Positions 39,801 to 48,511 of a stretch of DNA of 64,000 nucleotides are shown piece after piece. Within the stretch, counting starts at the first letter, position 1. Each line of letters opens with the position of its first letter. Position numbers and translations under genes: made by a program. The notes below the pieces were generated by a model. The model was not told where the DNA came from, searched no databases, and saw only the letters and a program-made list of their open reading frames with translations. Location: the IMG/VR virus record IMGVR_UViG_3300042482_000679, one strand, 5' to 3'. This DNA comes from a virus.

Positions 39801-40425
39801 CCGCCTGTCCATAGTAACCCTTAAGTGTTAAATAAAATGGTGGATATGGTAAATGAAAGAAGGCTGCATATGGTGACTGTTCTCCTTGTTCAAATAATGC
39901 TTTACCTCTAACATCTTCAAATTCAATCGATACTTCAGGTATAAAAGATGTTTTGGTGATTACCGAAATACTTGTAATACCTAACAACCCGGGGTCTATA
40001 GTCCTACCATTCTTGTCCGTAACTGTTGAACCTCGGTAAACTTTTCTCCCATACTCTTCTACAACCTCTTCAGACCTTTGGAGTCTTGCTTTACCTTGAT
40101 TTGAATTTAAACCTGTTAAATCATCGTAGTAACCCGTATTCATAAACTGGTCACTGTTTGGTTTTAAAAAGTTAATAGATGCAATGGATATTGTTTCGGT
40201 TTGTGTCGTTGGGGATGCCCCTACGTTTAACCTTGTTCTTGGTAGTAGTTCACACTCTAAGTTGGCATACATTACCAAATTTTCGTGGTCAACTAATCTT
40301 TCTTCAATTACTGTTTGACCGTTTACACCACCACGCACAACTTTGTTAGGGTCAACAACAATGATATTGTCAAATGACTCTGCATAAATACTACCTGAAT
40401 TATCCCCAAAAGAATTACCTGCCAT
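33841..40425 (-). CDS. Giant baseplate hub protein (gp27/gpD/VgrG-like)
   Basis: 2194 aa. GNAMIQPTMYF...FNGSYLITDVTHTITPGQFETKFTGVR is a hub motif. Follows the LysM/gp53-like gene. Confidence 0.65.
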   Translation of the reverse strand: MAGNSFGDNSGSIYAESFDNIIVVDPNKVVRGGVNGQTVIEERLVDHENLVMYANLECELLPRTRLNVGASPTTQTETISIASINFLKPNSDQFMNTGYYDDLTGLNSNQGKARLQRSEEVVEEYGRKVYRGSTVTDKNGRTIDPGLLGITSISVITKTSFIPEVSIEFEDVRGKALFEQGEQSPYAAFFHLPYPPFYLTLKGYYGQAVRYQLNLHTFEARFNTMSGNYQVSCKFYGYKYNILNEIQMGHLIALPHMYSKTFTYTNSIVETESADDNSANNAGQNIPSNAQSQNNLSVTRVNERGRQKMHEVYSEYKAKGLIDKNFPELTIMELGYKLQQFEQNIINSYRKVDMQPITDATSYKKTLNQYYKSVRDAKNSWFTTFLDPKPFVLKDGQYAYVFKKNLTQSQRVTAQSELSAITQTYNTKLAQNGTFGAEAKQNFKIPNPITPSIYIENFQLDNIDWEKTFIDRTSIKYPTPEEISAFIVKSAEQYFSVVVEATPEGLKEVKKNFYVFVGANRFDTIIKSMESQIDAKVTELETKLSAELADKVERADTGIGFRPTVRNISAVIMASTEAFIRLMDDVHIQAYSVRQDPVRKNVVLNNNSTSIKSPDDVNYVPLTANASQEFIDNSQQPVYPWPQVFVENNGTDDQPRYTLTYPGDIAFVNQSKGYLYDKWPEVEFVEEYLKGTAQRNDPPISQPPADNDAATVKRLNLNALEFPNIGLAYLNKEELKYFYEIYERQLIYQFYTGFGRVTNDNTSKTFVGDIIGITEGTNIIESLGLSNPYLTQKLKEYPFTANNFTQTLEAFSNQGTGLFWGEFIQDIYITPYLKNYTQNPFSILSTKYLSNTVSNSFVSLPQTPQLQQFLKSTSTNPIQIVDTFPFTNQDWNIKNLSQYILGGSVDVANNTSNTYKVYEPKNIISNFTGIDDYNTNRPVTNFNYLNTAIPALTTNVNTFYITRQPATLLPTEGYVDYPTTGLPVRTTTSMLNTPYFVNAILEGVAKEKNKEQYPYVAAAFLFLNSLPLATFKDRYKTNLAGVTTPLDYIFASFKKFGALHKVPYVWVLKYGAIWHRYKTQVQTNQDILGGCWGNFDYKQNYDPINQNTAKTYTLNGVGKITLQTETVDNNVKYTTMQVGFYPKLINEFNYFYNSQDLYTAYTDGEINESIKNGLKIQNLSESNINKNTTKDLQTRVIDIKTYSVLLPDSITPSVPNTVVCDEPPTTPTYQYYVIPSFGSQMNQVNNACFSTTGLLTQELYNNEALFNGSVRAFWSLPNYGYYDNQTIYRPGTGSYMFDENNLFGNVPFELIQTNEYSKIDDVFSVFDKQILDILENEFLNFSKALTNFNINEENSNVIDPGASLSVGGGFEQFSDLETTYRNFQKMMRSLMSVQIPLSSATSEDLFETIIQSQFSNSIAQIQNIMEYDVVLRMGNPTRYNRRAVDSYIGYITNTSQVINPLQFGPYQNNLPTNGGTVSLQNSIASNPDAWRTLQLEVGFSTIPELIYDNNGSYITDFFVQSNINFTSANITELSQVIRMYATQRLENPNLTITEFTGQLQGYLNTYNAFKNVGLDNTLINVRKGLPEISELPEKTIQSKFDSKQAKVDLYEAFKALNDKWIAGTDYKRYTLFEDMLFLDRASRNIGDKVVVDIFKLKQIISEDTINLNMGVFVFLAGILTDNHFTIMPMPAYVNFYNVQEPTLNAVPNIPSTIDFANEMWGTYLTVDYRRSGPKLVCFYANRPSSYIDTTDKSVNNYLFRTDTFDLRNPVGNPNVENQTNKTDWALSNRCVGFTVDIGVRNQNIFYSFSVSQDNGKATAESVWTINNMANAASGRDTATQNNSLYNIYQNRSYQCDVVGLGNAMIQPTMYFNLRHVPMFNGSYLITDVTHTITPGQFETKFTGVRQSVLSYPYTENLLQSINQNLVGKLITAVTQRKDDDKGTNATTTQGNNANVSTNSNTQQSAQNSCDSKVLETPYKQAGYTSVSGTQTKLTAKQFYDLLIQNVSTTSTDAIEIERYQNLRFIIFLISWAASGNKDSKNFIGLNNNFGRITLDYNYGELRTYFEPTYSCMDIENLNGLPLSYPVANFVDPVEFMLFMRDRLINRVGDIQNKSIETFYLQNWPANRGTDLTSDTQLSFNLIEGNRLAKNLGLVSTIPVFKITPTPTPTANNQNIINNIPPTCTPSPTPSTTPQ

Positions 40426-40738
40426 AATAATAGAAATACGTGTCTACTGCGGATTTATAATCTTGTAAAGATGTTATCAAAGGATATGGGACAGTTAATA
40501 TTGCGCCATCAAATATGTTATTTTCTAAACCACCAAATTGAGGATTGGCTTGTAATATTAACCAACCAAAGAATGGGGTTCCATAATATTCCTGAGAGAC
40601 CTTATCAAGTCTACTTCTTCCAACTTTATAAATGTATACTTTATCGGATGGTTTTGGTGAAATATTGACAAAGGGAACAACTGTTTGTTGTCCGTTTATC
40701 AAAAATTGGTTATATCTATTATAATACTGAAGTGCCAT
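40415..40738 (-). CDS. LysM-like baseplate wedge protein (T4 gp53 / P2 gpX-like)
   Basis: SRLDKVSQEYYGTPFFGWLILQANP...GAILTVP. Confidence 0.8.
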   Translation of the reverse strand: MALQYYNRYNQFLINGQQTVVPFVNISPKPSDKVYIYKVGRSRLDKVSQEYYGTPFFGWLILQANPQFGGLENNIFDGAILTVPYPLITSLQDYKSAVDTYFYYYGR

Positions 40739-40739
40739 T

Positions 40740-43700
40740 TTATAATAATTGAACTTTACCGATTACAACATCTGTTGTTATTTCTGTTGACCATACTGTC
40801 TTATTAGTATCCGAATTATTTTTCAAACCTAAAGACTTAATTAAATCTATTTGTGGTGGAACAGGTAATGTGTTTATAGTATATGTAAATAATCTACCTT
40901 TATTTATATCATTATATGGTGTGTAAATAACATATTTCTTTAACGGACCCGTTGCTAATCCATCCAAGAAAGTAGTTGCCGCATTATTTTCGTAATTGTA
41001 AATTGTCTTAATTGGTGTTTCGCTTGAGGGTCTTGGTCCTATCCAATAAGCGTCAAATTGTTCCCCAAAGTTAGTCGCCTGATTTCCAATAATAGTTGGA
41101 TTGTTTAATATGTTAGCAATTAACGCATCTTTAAATGATTGATATAAATTAGAATCAGTAACATCTTTATTCAAAATAAAATACTGTCTTCTGTTAGAAT
41201 CATTCTCCCAAAATTCAGGGTATTTTAACAATGTTATTGGTTCAAAAACCGAACCACTATCATAGTTTTCAGTATCACCAACAGATGGTATTAAAGATGA
41301 TTCATATTGTTGATTATCAAACGTAAACTCTTCAGTATTTTCAATATCAAGTGTGAATTGGAAAAGACTGTCGGTTATTGTTGTCAAATCATCAGTTAAT
41401 TCATTGTAAGTAGATTTTGTCGCCCCCGCATAATTTGCAGATACTTTATCCGTACCTTCTATCTCATAAACAACAATGTTACCATTAGACTCTTTAAATC
41501 CATCAGTACCATCTTTTAAGTTAGGGTATGTAATAACATTAGTCCTATTTAATTGTTGGATGTAAGAAGTTTGTGTGTTAACTAATTCGTTAATTATTGA
41601 TGTTAAAGCATTTTGGAAACCACTTTGTTTATTTCTAATAAAACTAATATAATTCTCTTTCAATTGCCTAATTGATTTGTTAGAGAAGTTTTTGGTTGGA
41701 TTACTCATCCAAAGCATAAACCCTTCAAGATTATCATCAATATCATTTATAAATTTAGAGAAAACAGAATCAACTGATTGTTGGATTGTTGATGGTTTAC
41801 CAAAGATATACTTTTGTTCAATATTGTAATAAAAATCTCCATATTGATAATTTCTATTGTAAGCAATAATTTGTCTAACAGCATTATTATATTGTTTCAA
41901 AATATCCTTATTTTTATTTAATACTGTTGTAAAATAATTTTGTGTTGACCCAACAAACTGCGTCATAAATTGTTGATAATCAATTGTACCTGTCGTCTCA
42001 TTTTCACCAATTTCGGTTGTTAAAACTTTACCAATAGTCTCAGCGTTTGACTCAGTTTGTTCATCTTCAGTATCAGTTACTACAGGTGGTGGAACTTCAA
42101 TACCTAAGTTTTTGATAAACTGTTGGTCTAAAATTTTATAACTATCATCAGTGGCGTCTGCTCTGTCGTCATAAATTTCAGTATTAGCGTAGAAGTTAAA
42201 TGACAACGCATTTTGTAATTTATCAACCGCCGTTTTTAATCCTTGTCCACCAACAAAATTGAATGATAATTGAATTTTAGCAATCATAGGTTGGACACCA
42301 ATACCTTCAGGATTTAAATCTAATTGCTCATATGAAATACCTAAAGAATTTGGTATAATTTTAGAATGGTAGAAATCCCCAACTCTTAATATTAAGACAG
42401 GTGGCGCGCCAAACGCAGTGTTTACAGCATTATTGTATTCTAACGATGATGACCCGTCAGTAGCGTTTTTAACCGTAGGTATTGTATCACCAGGTCTCAT
42501 ACACTGTTGTAAGAATGTTAGTCTACCGTTTAAACCTTCAGGTGTTATTGAATGGAATGCAGGGTGAAAGAATTTTAATTTATCTCTAAGGTTGTCATAA
42601 ACCATAGGGGTTTCTTGTCTAATCAATTCAAAATAGTCACACTCAGATAATAATTTTCTTAAAACTCTTTTAGTGATATTATCTCTAAGACTTGTTGTTG
42701 TTTCAACAACTTGTTCTACAGTTGTTTTGGTTGAAACCTCTGTTGATATCTGTGATTGATATTTTGGTGATGATTGGTCAATAATTGGTGGTGTTTTTGG
42801 TACACTTGGGATATTGACATTAAGATTGAATTTAACCCTTCTACAAGACATCGCATTTACACTATAGATGGCTTCAGGTCTTGATAATCTATCAGCATCC
42901 AAATTAGCACAATTAAATGTCTCAAATTTCATATTATTTTGACCAACAGGTTGTACAGTTGTATTTTCACCTTTCGGTATTAATACTAAAGTTAATTGTT
43001 TTGTTACGTCAATAGCATTTGCCAATTGTCCAATAGAACGGATGTATTGAACAACAGAATCCAATCTTCTTTGGGATAGAGCGTCGTTATAATTTACGGT
43101 TTGTGGTTTTGACGCACTACCTTCTAATATTAACTCAACTTTTGCGTCAGGATTAATTTTTAAAGTTTCATCTAACTTATACAACATCTCCTGTAGTTTA
43201 TTCTTATTAAACTCAATAACACTTGGGAAGAAGTTGTTTACCGCAGATGGGTTGGCACTATCTCTGTCATAAATTGCTCTCGTATTAGCGTTTGTATAAA
43301 CAGAATAATAACTAGTATAATTTTCAACAGTTTGGTCTTTAAGTGGGTAATCGTTTTCAAAATACAAACCATAATTGTTAAAACTTTCCAAGTAAGTTTT
43401 AGTTTGGTCCGTATTGTTTGCCGTTTGTGACCCAATATTAGTATTACCACCACCAGGAGTTCCATTCGCCCCTGTTGACCCATCACCTGTTTGTACCGTA
43501 TTAACAAGATATCTTATCTCTTCAGTTGTAACATTTTTACTTTGGATTTTTTGTTGAATTTCAAATAAATCTTGTGTGTTGAATTGGTAGTATTTTTCAG
43601 CCAACTCATATAAGTCATATTTTTTACAACCTGCAAAGAACGAATCTAACAACCCTTGAACTCTTTCTCTTGACTGTTCATTAGCTAATACTCGATTAAC

Positions 43701-45806
43701 AATTAAGTTTAACACTGATGGGTGGTCGACAACAATTTGCCATTGTAGACTTCCAGTTCTTGATGTGTTGTTATATGTGTATACAGGTTCTACTCTACCA
43801 ATAAAGTCAGTTGGTTTAAAGTTGGCTTGTACTTGCTCACTAAACTCTAAACCATAAGGTGGGAACCACATAACTCGACCACCATTAGGTCCTCTCTCAC
43901 ACACAGGTAAATCTTGAACACTTAAACCAGGTCTGTTTGATGTTCTCCAAGCTAAGTTTTCAATAGAGAACATATATTTTTTAGCACCTTCAGGTGTGAT
44001 ATTTGTAGAGTCATTACCCTTCATTGGAGCAATGTTTAAGTTGTATGTATTGTCTAAAACAGAGTATGCAAACTTTCTACCTGAGGTTGTAATACCATCT
44101 TGTTTTTGTAAATCATTGTATTGTAAATAAGGAGTATCTTTTTGGAAAACTCTACAATATTCCGCACCTCTTTCTTGTCCAGTTGCGCCAACATATCTAA
44201 TAACTCTTGAACCTTTTGTAAGTTCTTTGTAACCATCATTAAAGACTTTAGATACTTGGTCAATAGCGTTTCCTACGTGTTGTAGTCTTCTACCACCTCT
44301 TGGTTGGGAATCAATAAGTCTTTGAGTTTGGTCTAAAATAGAACCATCCCTAAAATCATTATTAGTTGATTCTGTGTTCTGATAACCTAATGACGGGAAG
44401 TCAGGGTCATCAGCAATTATTTCACCACCTATACCAACTTTTTTACCAGCGTTACCTCTATACTTAGGTGACACCCAAGTAAATCCTCCTAATATATCAC
44501 CACCACTACTGTATGTCGGTCCGTTAGCCCCCAACTTAACAGCCTTACTCGGTCCTTCATATAACTGAGCGAGTTCTTGTGGACCATATACAGGTGCAGA
44601 TATTTCTCTACCAAATTGGTCAACAGGTAAATCACCAGATGGTGAAAAAATATCACCAGGTTCAGACTTAGGTGAACCAATATAATAATTCGAATCATCT
44701 TCTGTTCCACCAACTAAACCACCTCTTAACCTATCAAAGAATGTTCTGTTGTATCCTGGCTTATATCTGTTGTAATCTAAATTACCAAATAATAAATTTT
44801 TTGTTCCTGTTCCTGTATTTTCTAAAAACAACACTGAACCCGATTTAGGTGACCCTAATAATCTACCAAAAAATCTACCTAAACCTGAAAATAAATTAGC
44901 TTGGGAATATGCCCCCGCCAATTGTTGTGTTGTAAACCCTTGTTTAGAATTAATTGATGGGTCCCAATATGAACCAGGTATAATTGAGTATGGGGCATAA
45001 GTCCCTGAAATCCTAGCAATAAAATCGGCCGCAGCACCTAAAACAGTTCCACCAACAGTAATTTTGTATACAGGTTCTAATATGGGTGTTCTACCCATTA
45101 TTATATTCAATATACCTGTACCACCAGCAGCATTTAATATGTTTATACGGTCTAAAGTATTTTGTCTAATACCATCAGCAATTCGTTGTTCAAAACCATC
45201 TTTAAGTCTACGAGCACCTAATTGTGCAATAAACGAGTCTTGACTCAACAACCCATCACTACCTTGTGGGTCATTTCTTAAAAGGATTGAAGATGGTGAG
45301 TAAAAAGACGAAACAAATGTTGGGTATGGTTGATTGTTATAATACTTTTGTCCAGCTAAACTTGGGCTAACCGTATCAAAACTATCAAAAAACGGAGCAG
45401 AATCTAAAACCGCGTTTGAATTATTACCAAAAACATTTAATGGTTTCCAAGCAGGTGCAACACCGGGAAATCCTACCTGAGCAGCTTGTGGTCCTTCATC
45501 AACTAAATCAGCATCTTGGAATCCATATTCACCCTCATTTGAATTAGTATTGTTTAAGGTATTTGGATTGGCAACTTGTGTATAACCCCCATCAGCACCA
45601 TATTGATTTAATGGATATAAATCGTTTGCAAAAACAGGAGTATCAATTAAAGCATCGTTACTATCTACGGGTGATAAGTCTCTTTGTATAACTTCATAGT
45701 TCTGTGGAGGACTAAAAGCATAAGACTTTTTATATGGCACGAGATTCCTTACTACTAATTTTTTTCTAAAAACTTCTGAGCTAGGAAAATCTAATGGACT
45801 TGGCAT
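40740..45806 (-). CDS. Large baseplate/tail-tube initiator protein with an inserted OmpA-like domain
   Basis: FSEQVQANF...IGRVEPVYTYNNTSRTGSL and APPVLILRVGDFY...PMIAKIQLSF are tube-initiator-like motifs. Lies between the tape measure and LysM genes. Confidence 0.65.
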   Translation of the reverse strand: MPSPLDFPSSEVFRKKLVVRNLVPYKKSYAFSPPQNYEVIQRDLSPVDSNDALIDTPVFANDLYPLNQYGADGGYTQVANPNTLNNTNSNEGEYGFQDADLVDEGPQAAQVGFPGVAPAWKPLNVFGNNSNAVLDSAPFFDSFDTVSPSLAGQKYYNNQPYPTFVSSFYSPSSILLRNDPQGSDGLLSQDSFIAQLGARRLKDGFEQRIADGIRQNTLDRINILNAAGGTGILNIIMGRTPILEPVYKITVGGTVLGAAADFIARISGTYAPYSIIPGSYWDPSINSKQGFTTQQLAGAYSQANLFSGLGRFFGRLLGSPKSGSVLFLENTGTGTKNLLFGNLDYNRYKPGYNRTFFDRLRGGLVGGTEDDSNYYIGSPKSEPGDIFSPSGDLPVDQFGREISAPVYGPQELAQLYEGPSKAVKLGANGPTYSSGGDILGGFTWVSPKYRGNAGKKVGIGGEIIADDPDFPSLGYQNTESTNNDFRDGSILDQTQRLIDSQPRGGRRLQHVGNAIDQVSKVFNDGYKELTKGSRVIRYVGATGQERGAEYCRVFQKDTPYLQYNDLQKQDGITTSGRKFAYSVLDNTYNLNIAPMKGNDSTNITPEGAKKYMFSIENLAWRTSNRPGLSVQDLPVCERGPNGGRVMWFPPYGLEFSEQVQANFKPTDFIGRVEPVYTYNNTSRTGSLQWQIVVDHPSVLNLIVNRVLANEQSRERVQGLLDSFFAGCKKYDLYELAEKYYQFNTQDLFEIQQKIQSKNVTTEEIRYLVNTVQTGDGSTGANGTPGGGNTNIGSQTANNTDQTKTYLESFNNYGLYFENDYPLKDQTVENYTSYYSVYTNANTRAIYDRDSANPSAVNNFFPSVIEFNKNKLQEMLYKLDETLKINPDAKVELILEGSASKPQTVNYNDALSQRRLDSVVQYIRSIGQLANAIDVTKQLTLVLIPKGENTTVQPVGQNNMKFETFNCANLDADRLSRPEAIYSVNAMSCRRVKFNLNVNIPSVPKTPPIIDQSSPKYQSQISTEVSTKTTVEQVVETTTSLRDNITKRVLRKLLSECDYFELIRQETPMVYDNLRDKLKFFHPAFHSITPEGLNGRLTFLQQCMRPGDTIPTVKNATDGSSSLEYNNAVNTAFGAPPVLILRVGDFYHSKIIPNSLGISYEQLDLNPEGIGVQPMIAKIQLSFNFVGGQGLKTAVDKLQNALSFNFYANTEIYDDRADATDDSYKILDQQFIKNLGIEVPPPVVTDTEDEQTESNAETIGKVLTTEIGENETTGTIDYQQFMTQFVGSTQNYFTTVLNKNKDILKQYNNAVRQIIAYNRNYQYGDFYYNIEQKYIFGKPSTIQQSVDSVFSKFINDIDDNLEGFMLWMSNPTKNFSNKSIRQLKENYISFIRNKQSGFQNALTSIINELVNTQTSYIQQLNRTNVITYPNLKDGTDGFKESNGNIVVYEIEGTDKVSANYAGATKSTYNELTDDLTTITDSLFQFTLDIENTEEFTFDNQQYESSLIPSVGDTENYDSGSVFEPITLLKYPEFWENDSNRRQYFILNKDVTDSNLYQSFKDALIANILNNPTIIGNQATNFGEQFDAYWIGPRPSSETPIKTIYNYENNAATTFLDGLATGPLKKYVIYTPYNDINKGRLFTYTINTLPVPPQIDLIKSLGLKNNSDTNKTVWSTEITTDVVIGKVQLL

Positions 45807-45819
45807 CTTATTTTATTTA

Positions 45820-45826
45820 ATAAATA
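45820..45826 (-). promoter_or_regulatory. TATTTAT motif (putative late promoter)
   Basis: 13 nt upstream of ATG 45806. Confidence 0.55.
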
Positions 45827-45843
45827 GAAACTATACTATTTTT

Positions 45844-47526
45844 TTATTGGTTTTTAACAATCGCTCTATTACCACTTTCAATAACTTGTTGGTAGATTTT
45901 GTTTTTAAACTCTGTTGAGTTTAGTATATCTTCAAATTCTTTTCTTGTCATTCCTGGAGATGTTTCAACTTGAAACTTAACAGTACCATTCATAGACACA
46001 TCTTGTTGGATTTTAACATTTTTTTCCTTCAATCCAACACTATCCTGTATCATTTTAATAGTTTTATTATACATTCCTTCAATCTCACTCTTAGGTTTGT
46101 TATCTCCCAAGTTAGCTAAGAATGTTTTCATCATTTCAGCTGACTTATCTTTAGTACCTTCATAAGCACTTTCAATAGCACTTAACGCTTCATCGATACT
46201 TTTAGCGTCTTTTTTCTGAGCCGCGTTATAAACCAAAGACCTAATATCATCACCGACACCTTCAAACATTTTTCTAATGTCTTGGGAACTACCCATAGCA
46301 CTAAAAGACGCCCCTTGCACGTCTTCTCCAACTCTTCTAAAACCTTCTAAGTTTCTAAATACTGAGGTTTGTCCAACAAGAGAAGCTGCTAATCCATCTG
46401 CCATAGATTTCAAATAATTAGTTTGAAGTTCGTCAAAAGATAATTGTTTTAAGGCGATTTCCTCCATAGTTTTTGGAGTATCTTCTTGTTGTTTTACAAG
46501 TTTTTCAAACTGTCCCTGAGATAGTTCTGAAAGTTTCTTATATCCTTCCTCATCAGATACTTTAACAATATATTCACCACCCTCATCTCTTTTAGCTAAA
46601 TTAGCGACTAAAGTCTTATCTTCATCAGATGCGTCAATACTAAAACTTATATCAGCTAAACGAGTATCTAAATCTAACGCAGCAATTGCAGCTTTTTTCA
46701 AGTTTTCTGCCCCCAATCCAGTTTCTTGACCAATTTCCTTTAACATTCTTAACCCATATGGATTAATTTCAAATCTCTGCGTTTCTTCGTTGAACTGAGC
46801 ATATGTTTTGGCCATATTGATAATACTATCTTGTAGTTTACCAGGGTCATTAATCGAAGCATCCATTAATGCAAACGGGTCAACCAAAGTCCCCATTGTT
46901 ACACCAAGTCTTTGAAATGTTGACGCCATTTTTATTGCCCCCTCAGGGTCCATAACTGAGTCCGCGAATTCAGCCGTCTTATTCATATCATACCTCAACA
47001 TAGACGCTTGAGCCGCCATTTTTGTTAAACCCATAACACCATCTTGGAAATTAAATCGGTTCATCATATCCATATTCTCTACAACGTCCTTCATAATTTC
47101 CCTAGCATTTAACCCTAAACTTTGGATATAACTTATACTATCAACGGTTCGTTCAGCGATTAAAGACGCTTCCATACCAGCTTTACCAAAAGATTCTGTA
47201 AGGTTTTGAACTTCTGTATCAAGGTATTTACCAGCGGCATAAAGTTCTGTGATTGTTTCGGTAGTGGCAATCATATTTCTTCGAGACCCTTCAGCGACTT
47301 GGGCAATTACCCTACCAGCATCAGCTGCGGTACCACCAAGTCTTGTAACCTCTCTTACACTATCAGCAACACTTGTCGAAAACTCTGTAACCCTTGTTCT
47401 TGATTCACCAAAAGCGTTATTGGTTTTTGTAACAGCATCACTAATTTGGTTGAAAATATCAGCGGAAGTTTTTAAAGGTTTAAAAAACTTTTCTAAATTT
47501 TCAAATAATTCATCCATTTGACCCAT
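45844..47526 (-). CDS. Putative tape measure protein
   Basis: 560 aa, helical and Ala/Met/Lys-rich; canonical position after tube and chaperone. Confidence 0.7.
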   Translation of the reverse strand: MGQMDELFENLEKFFKPLKTSADIFNQISDAVTKTNNAFGESRTRVTEFSTSVADSVREVTRLGGTAADAGRVIAQVAEGSRRNMIATTETITELYAAGKYLDTEVQNLTESFGKAGMEASLIAERTVDSISYIQSLGLNAREIMKDVVENMDMMNRFNFQDGVMGLTKMAAQASMLRYDMNKTAEFADSVMDPEGAIKMASTFQRLGVTMGTLVDPFALMDASINDPGKLQDSIINMAKTYAQFNEETQRFEINPYGLRMLKEIGQETGLGAENLKKAAIAALDLDTRLADISFSIDASDEDKTLVANLAKRDEGGEYIVKVSDEEGYKKLSELSQGQFEKLVKQQEDTPKTMEEIALKQLSFDELQTNYLKSMADGLAASLVGQTSVFRNLEGFRRVGEDVQGASFSAMGSSQDIRKMFEGVGDDIRSLVYNAAQKKDAKSIDEALSAIESAYEGTKDKSAEMMKTFLANLGDNKPKSEIEGMYNKTIKMIQDSVGLKEKNVKIQQDVSMNGTVKFQVETSPGMTRKEFEDILNSTEFKNKIYQQVIESGNRAIVKNQ

Positions 47527-47542
47527 AGCGATTCTTTTTTTC

Positions 47543-47550
47543 TATAAATA
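47543..47550 (-). promoter_or_regulatory. TATTTATA motif (putative late promoter)
   Basis: About 17 nt upstream of ATG 47526. Confidence 0.55.
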
Positions 47551-47564
47551 GGACTACTTTGATT

Positions 47565-47744
47565 TTATGGTTTTTGATTATCCTCAATCCACTTATTTAA
47601 AAGATATTTTCTGTAAAAAATGGGCATAGACAAAAACTCCCCCCATCCTATATGAAGAAGTTTTGCCATATAATAAAATTCGTCTAATTGAGTTTGCCTA
47701 TGTTCAGAAGAAAGGGCGAAAAAATTCAACCCCAAACCCAACAT
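47565..47744 (-). CDS. Small gp51 / gpT-like tail-assembly ORF overlapping the chaperone (possible frameshift extension)
   Basis: +1 frame reads ...FFALSSEHRQTQLDEFYYMAKLLHIGWGEFLSMPIFYRKYLLNKWIEDNQKP*. The W.EF..MP...R..L pattern resembles gp51-like proteins. 59 aa from ATG 47744, below the track cutoff. Confidence 0.65.
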   Translation of the reverse strand: MLGLGLNFFALSSEHRQTQLDEFYYMAKLLHIGWGEFLSMPIFYRKYLLNKWIEDNQKP

Positions 47745-48444
47745 TCACTGTGAGCTTTTCTCCTGACGGGGCTATAACGACGCGACTTAAGTCTAATTTG
47801 GGTTCATTGTCATCCATAAATTTCTTTATGAATTTTGAGTCTGCTAAAGGCATTTGTTCTGAGAACTTAGCAATTTCACCTTTATCAGTATTTCCATCCA
47901 CTGAGACAATTTCTCTTTGGAGTCTTAAAGTTCTTCTTGGTGCGATTCTACCTTGGGGGTATGTATTTAACTGATTTGTTAATTCGATTGATTGTCCGAA
48001 TGTAAGTGGTCTTAATTTAACATTTTTTCCTGACATTGGTAACATAACGGTCCAAGTTCCATCTTCATCGGGAGACTTTCCTTTATTGATATCCAATTCA
48101 CTCAAATCAACATTTGTTTTGAATGGGTTACCTGTTTTTGGGTCAGTTACCGTAATTTCCATATCAGAACCAAAAGATGTATTACGTAAGAAAATTAAAA
48201 TCGCTTCAACATCACCTTCCATTAATTCTTCAGGTCTAAGACCTGGTTCATAAATTTTGGCTCTTAATAGATTCAATGTCATATCTCTACCACCAGCCAT
48301 AAGAATATTTTCATCTGCAGCTGTTAGGTATCCGACTTTTACACTGTCTTTTTTATTTTTGTAAAAAATTCCTTTTGATGGTAGCGGTACCACATCGTGT
48401 GGTAATGAAAATTCCATCTGTCCATATTGTGCTGATTCATCCAT
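47704..48444 (-). CDS. Tail/baseplate assembly chaperone (T4 gp26-like)
   Basis: VPLPSKGIFY, LTAADENIL, GDVEAILIFLR, C-terminal VEFFRP; lies between tube and tape measure. Confidence 0.75.
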   Translation of the reverse strand: MDESAQYGQMEFSLPHDVVPLPSKGIFYKNKKDSVKVGYLTAADENILMAGGRDMTLNLLRAKIYEPGLRPEELMEGDVEAILIFLRNTSFGSDMEITVTDPKTGNPFKTNVDLSELDINKGKSPDEDGTWTVMLPMSGKNVKLRPLTFGQSIELTNQLNTYPQGRIAPRRTLRLQREIVSVDGNTDKGEIAKFSEQMPLADSKFIKKFMDDNEPKLDLSRVVIAPSGEKLTVNVGFGVEFFRPFF

Positions 48445-48447
48445 AAT

Positions 48448-48476
48448 AAAAAACCGTAGAGTTTAGCTCTACGGTT
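48448..48476 (-). terminator. Intrinsic terminator after the tail tube gene
   Basis: AACCGTAGAG-CTAAA-CTCTACGGTT followed by TTTT, ending 3 nt before ATG 48444. Confidence 0.8.
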
Positions 48477-48511
48477 AAATATAAATTGAAAAAAAAGTAA
48501 ATAAACAATTC

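Noticed and set aside
47663-47974. Plus-strand 103-aa ORF and other short antisense or nested ORFs across the window
   Set aside because: They lie within well-supported genes, have TTG/GTG starts and show no recognisable motifs.
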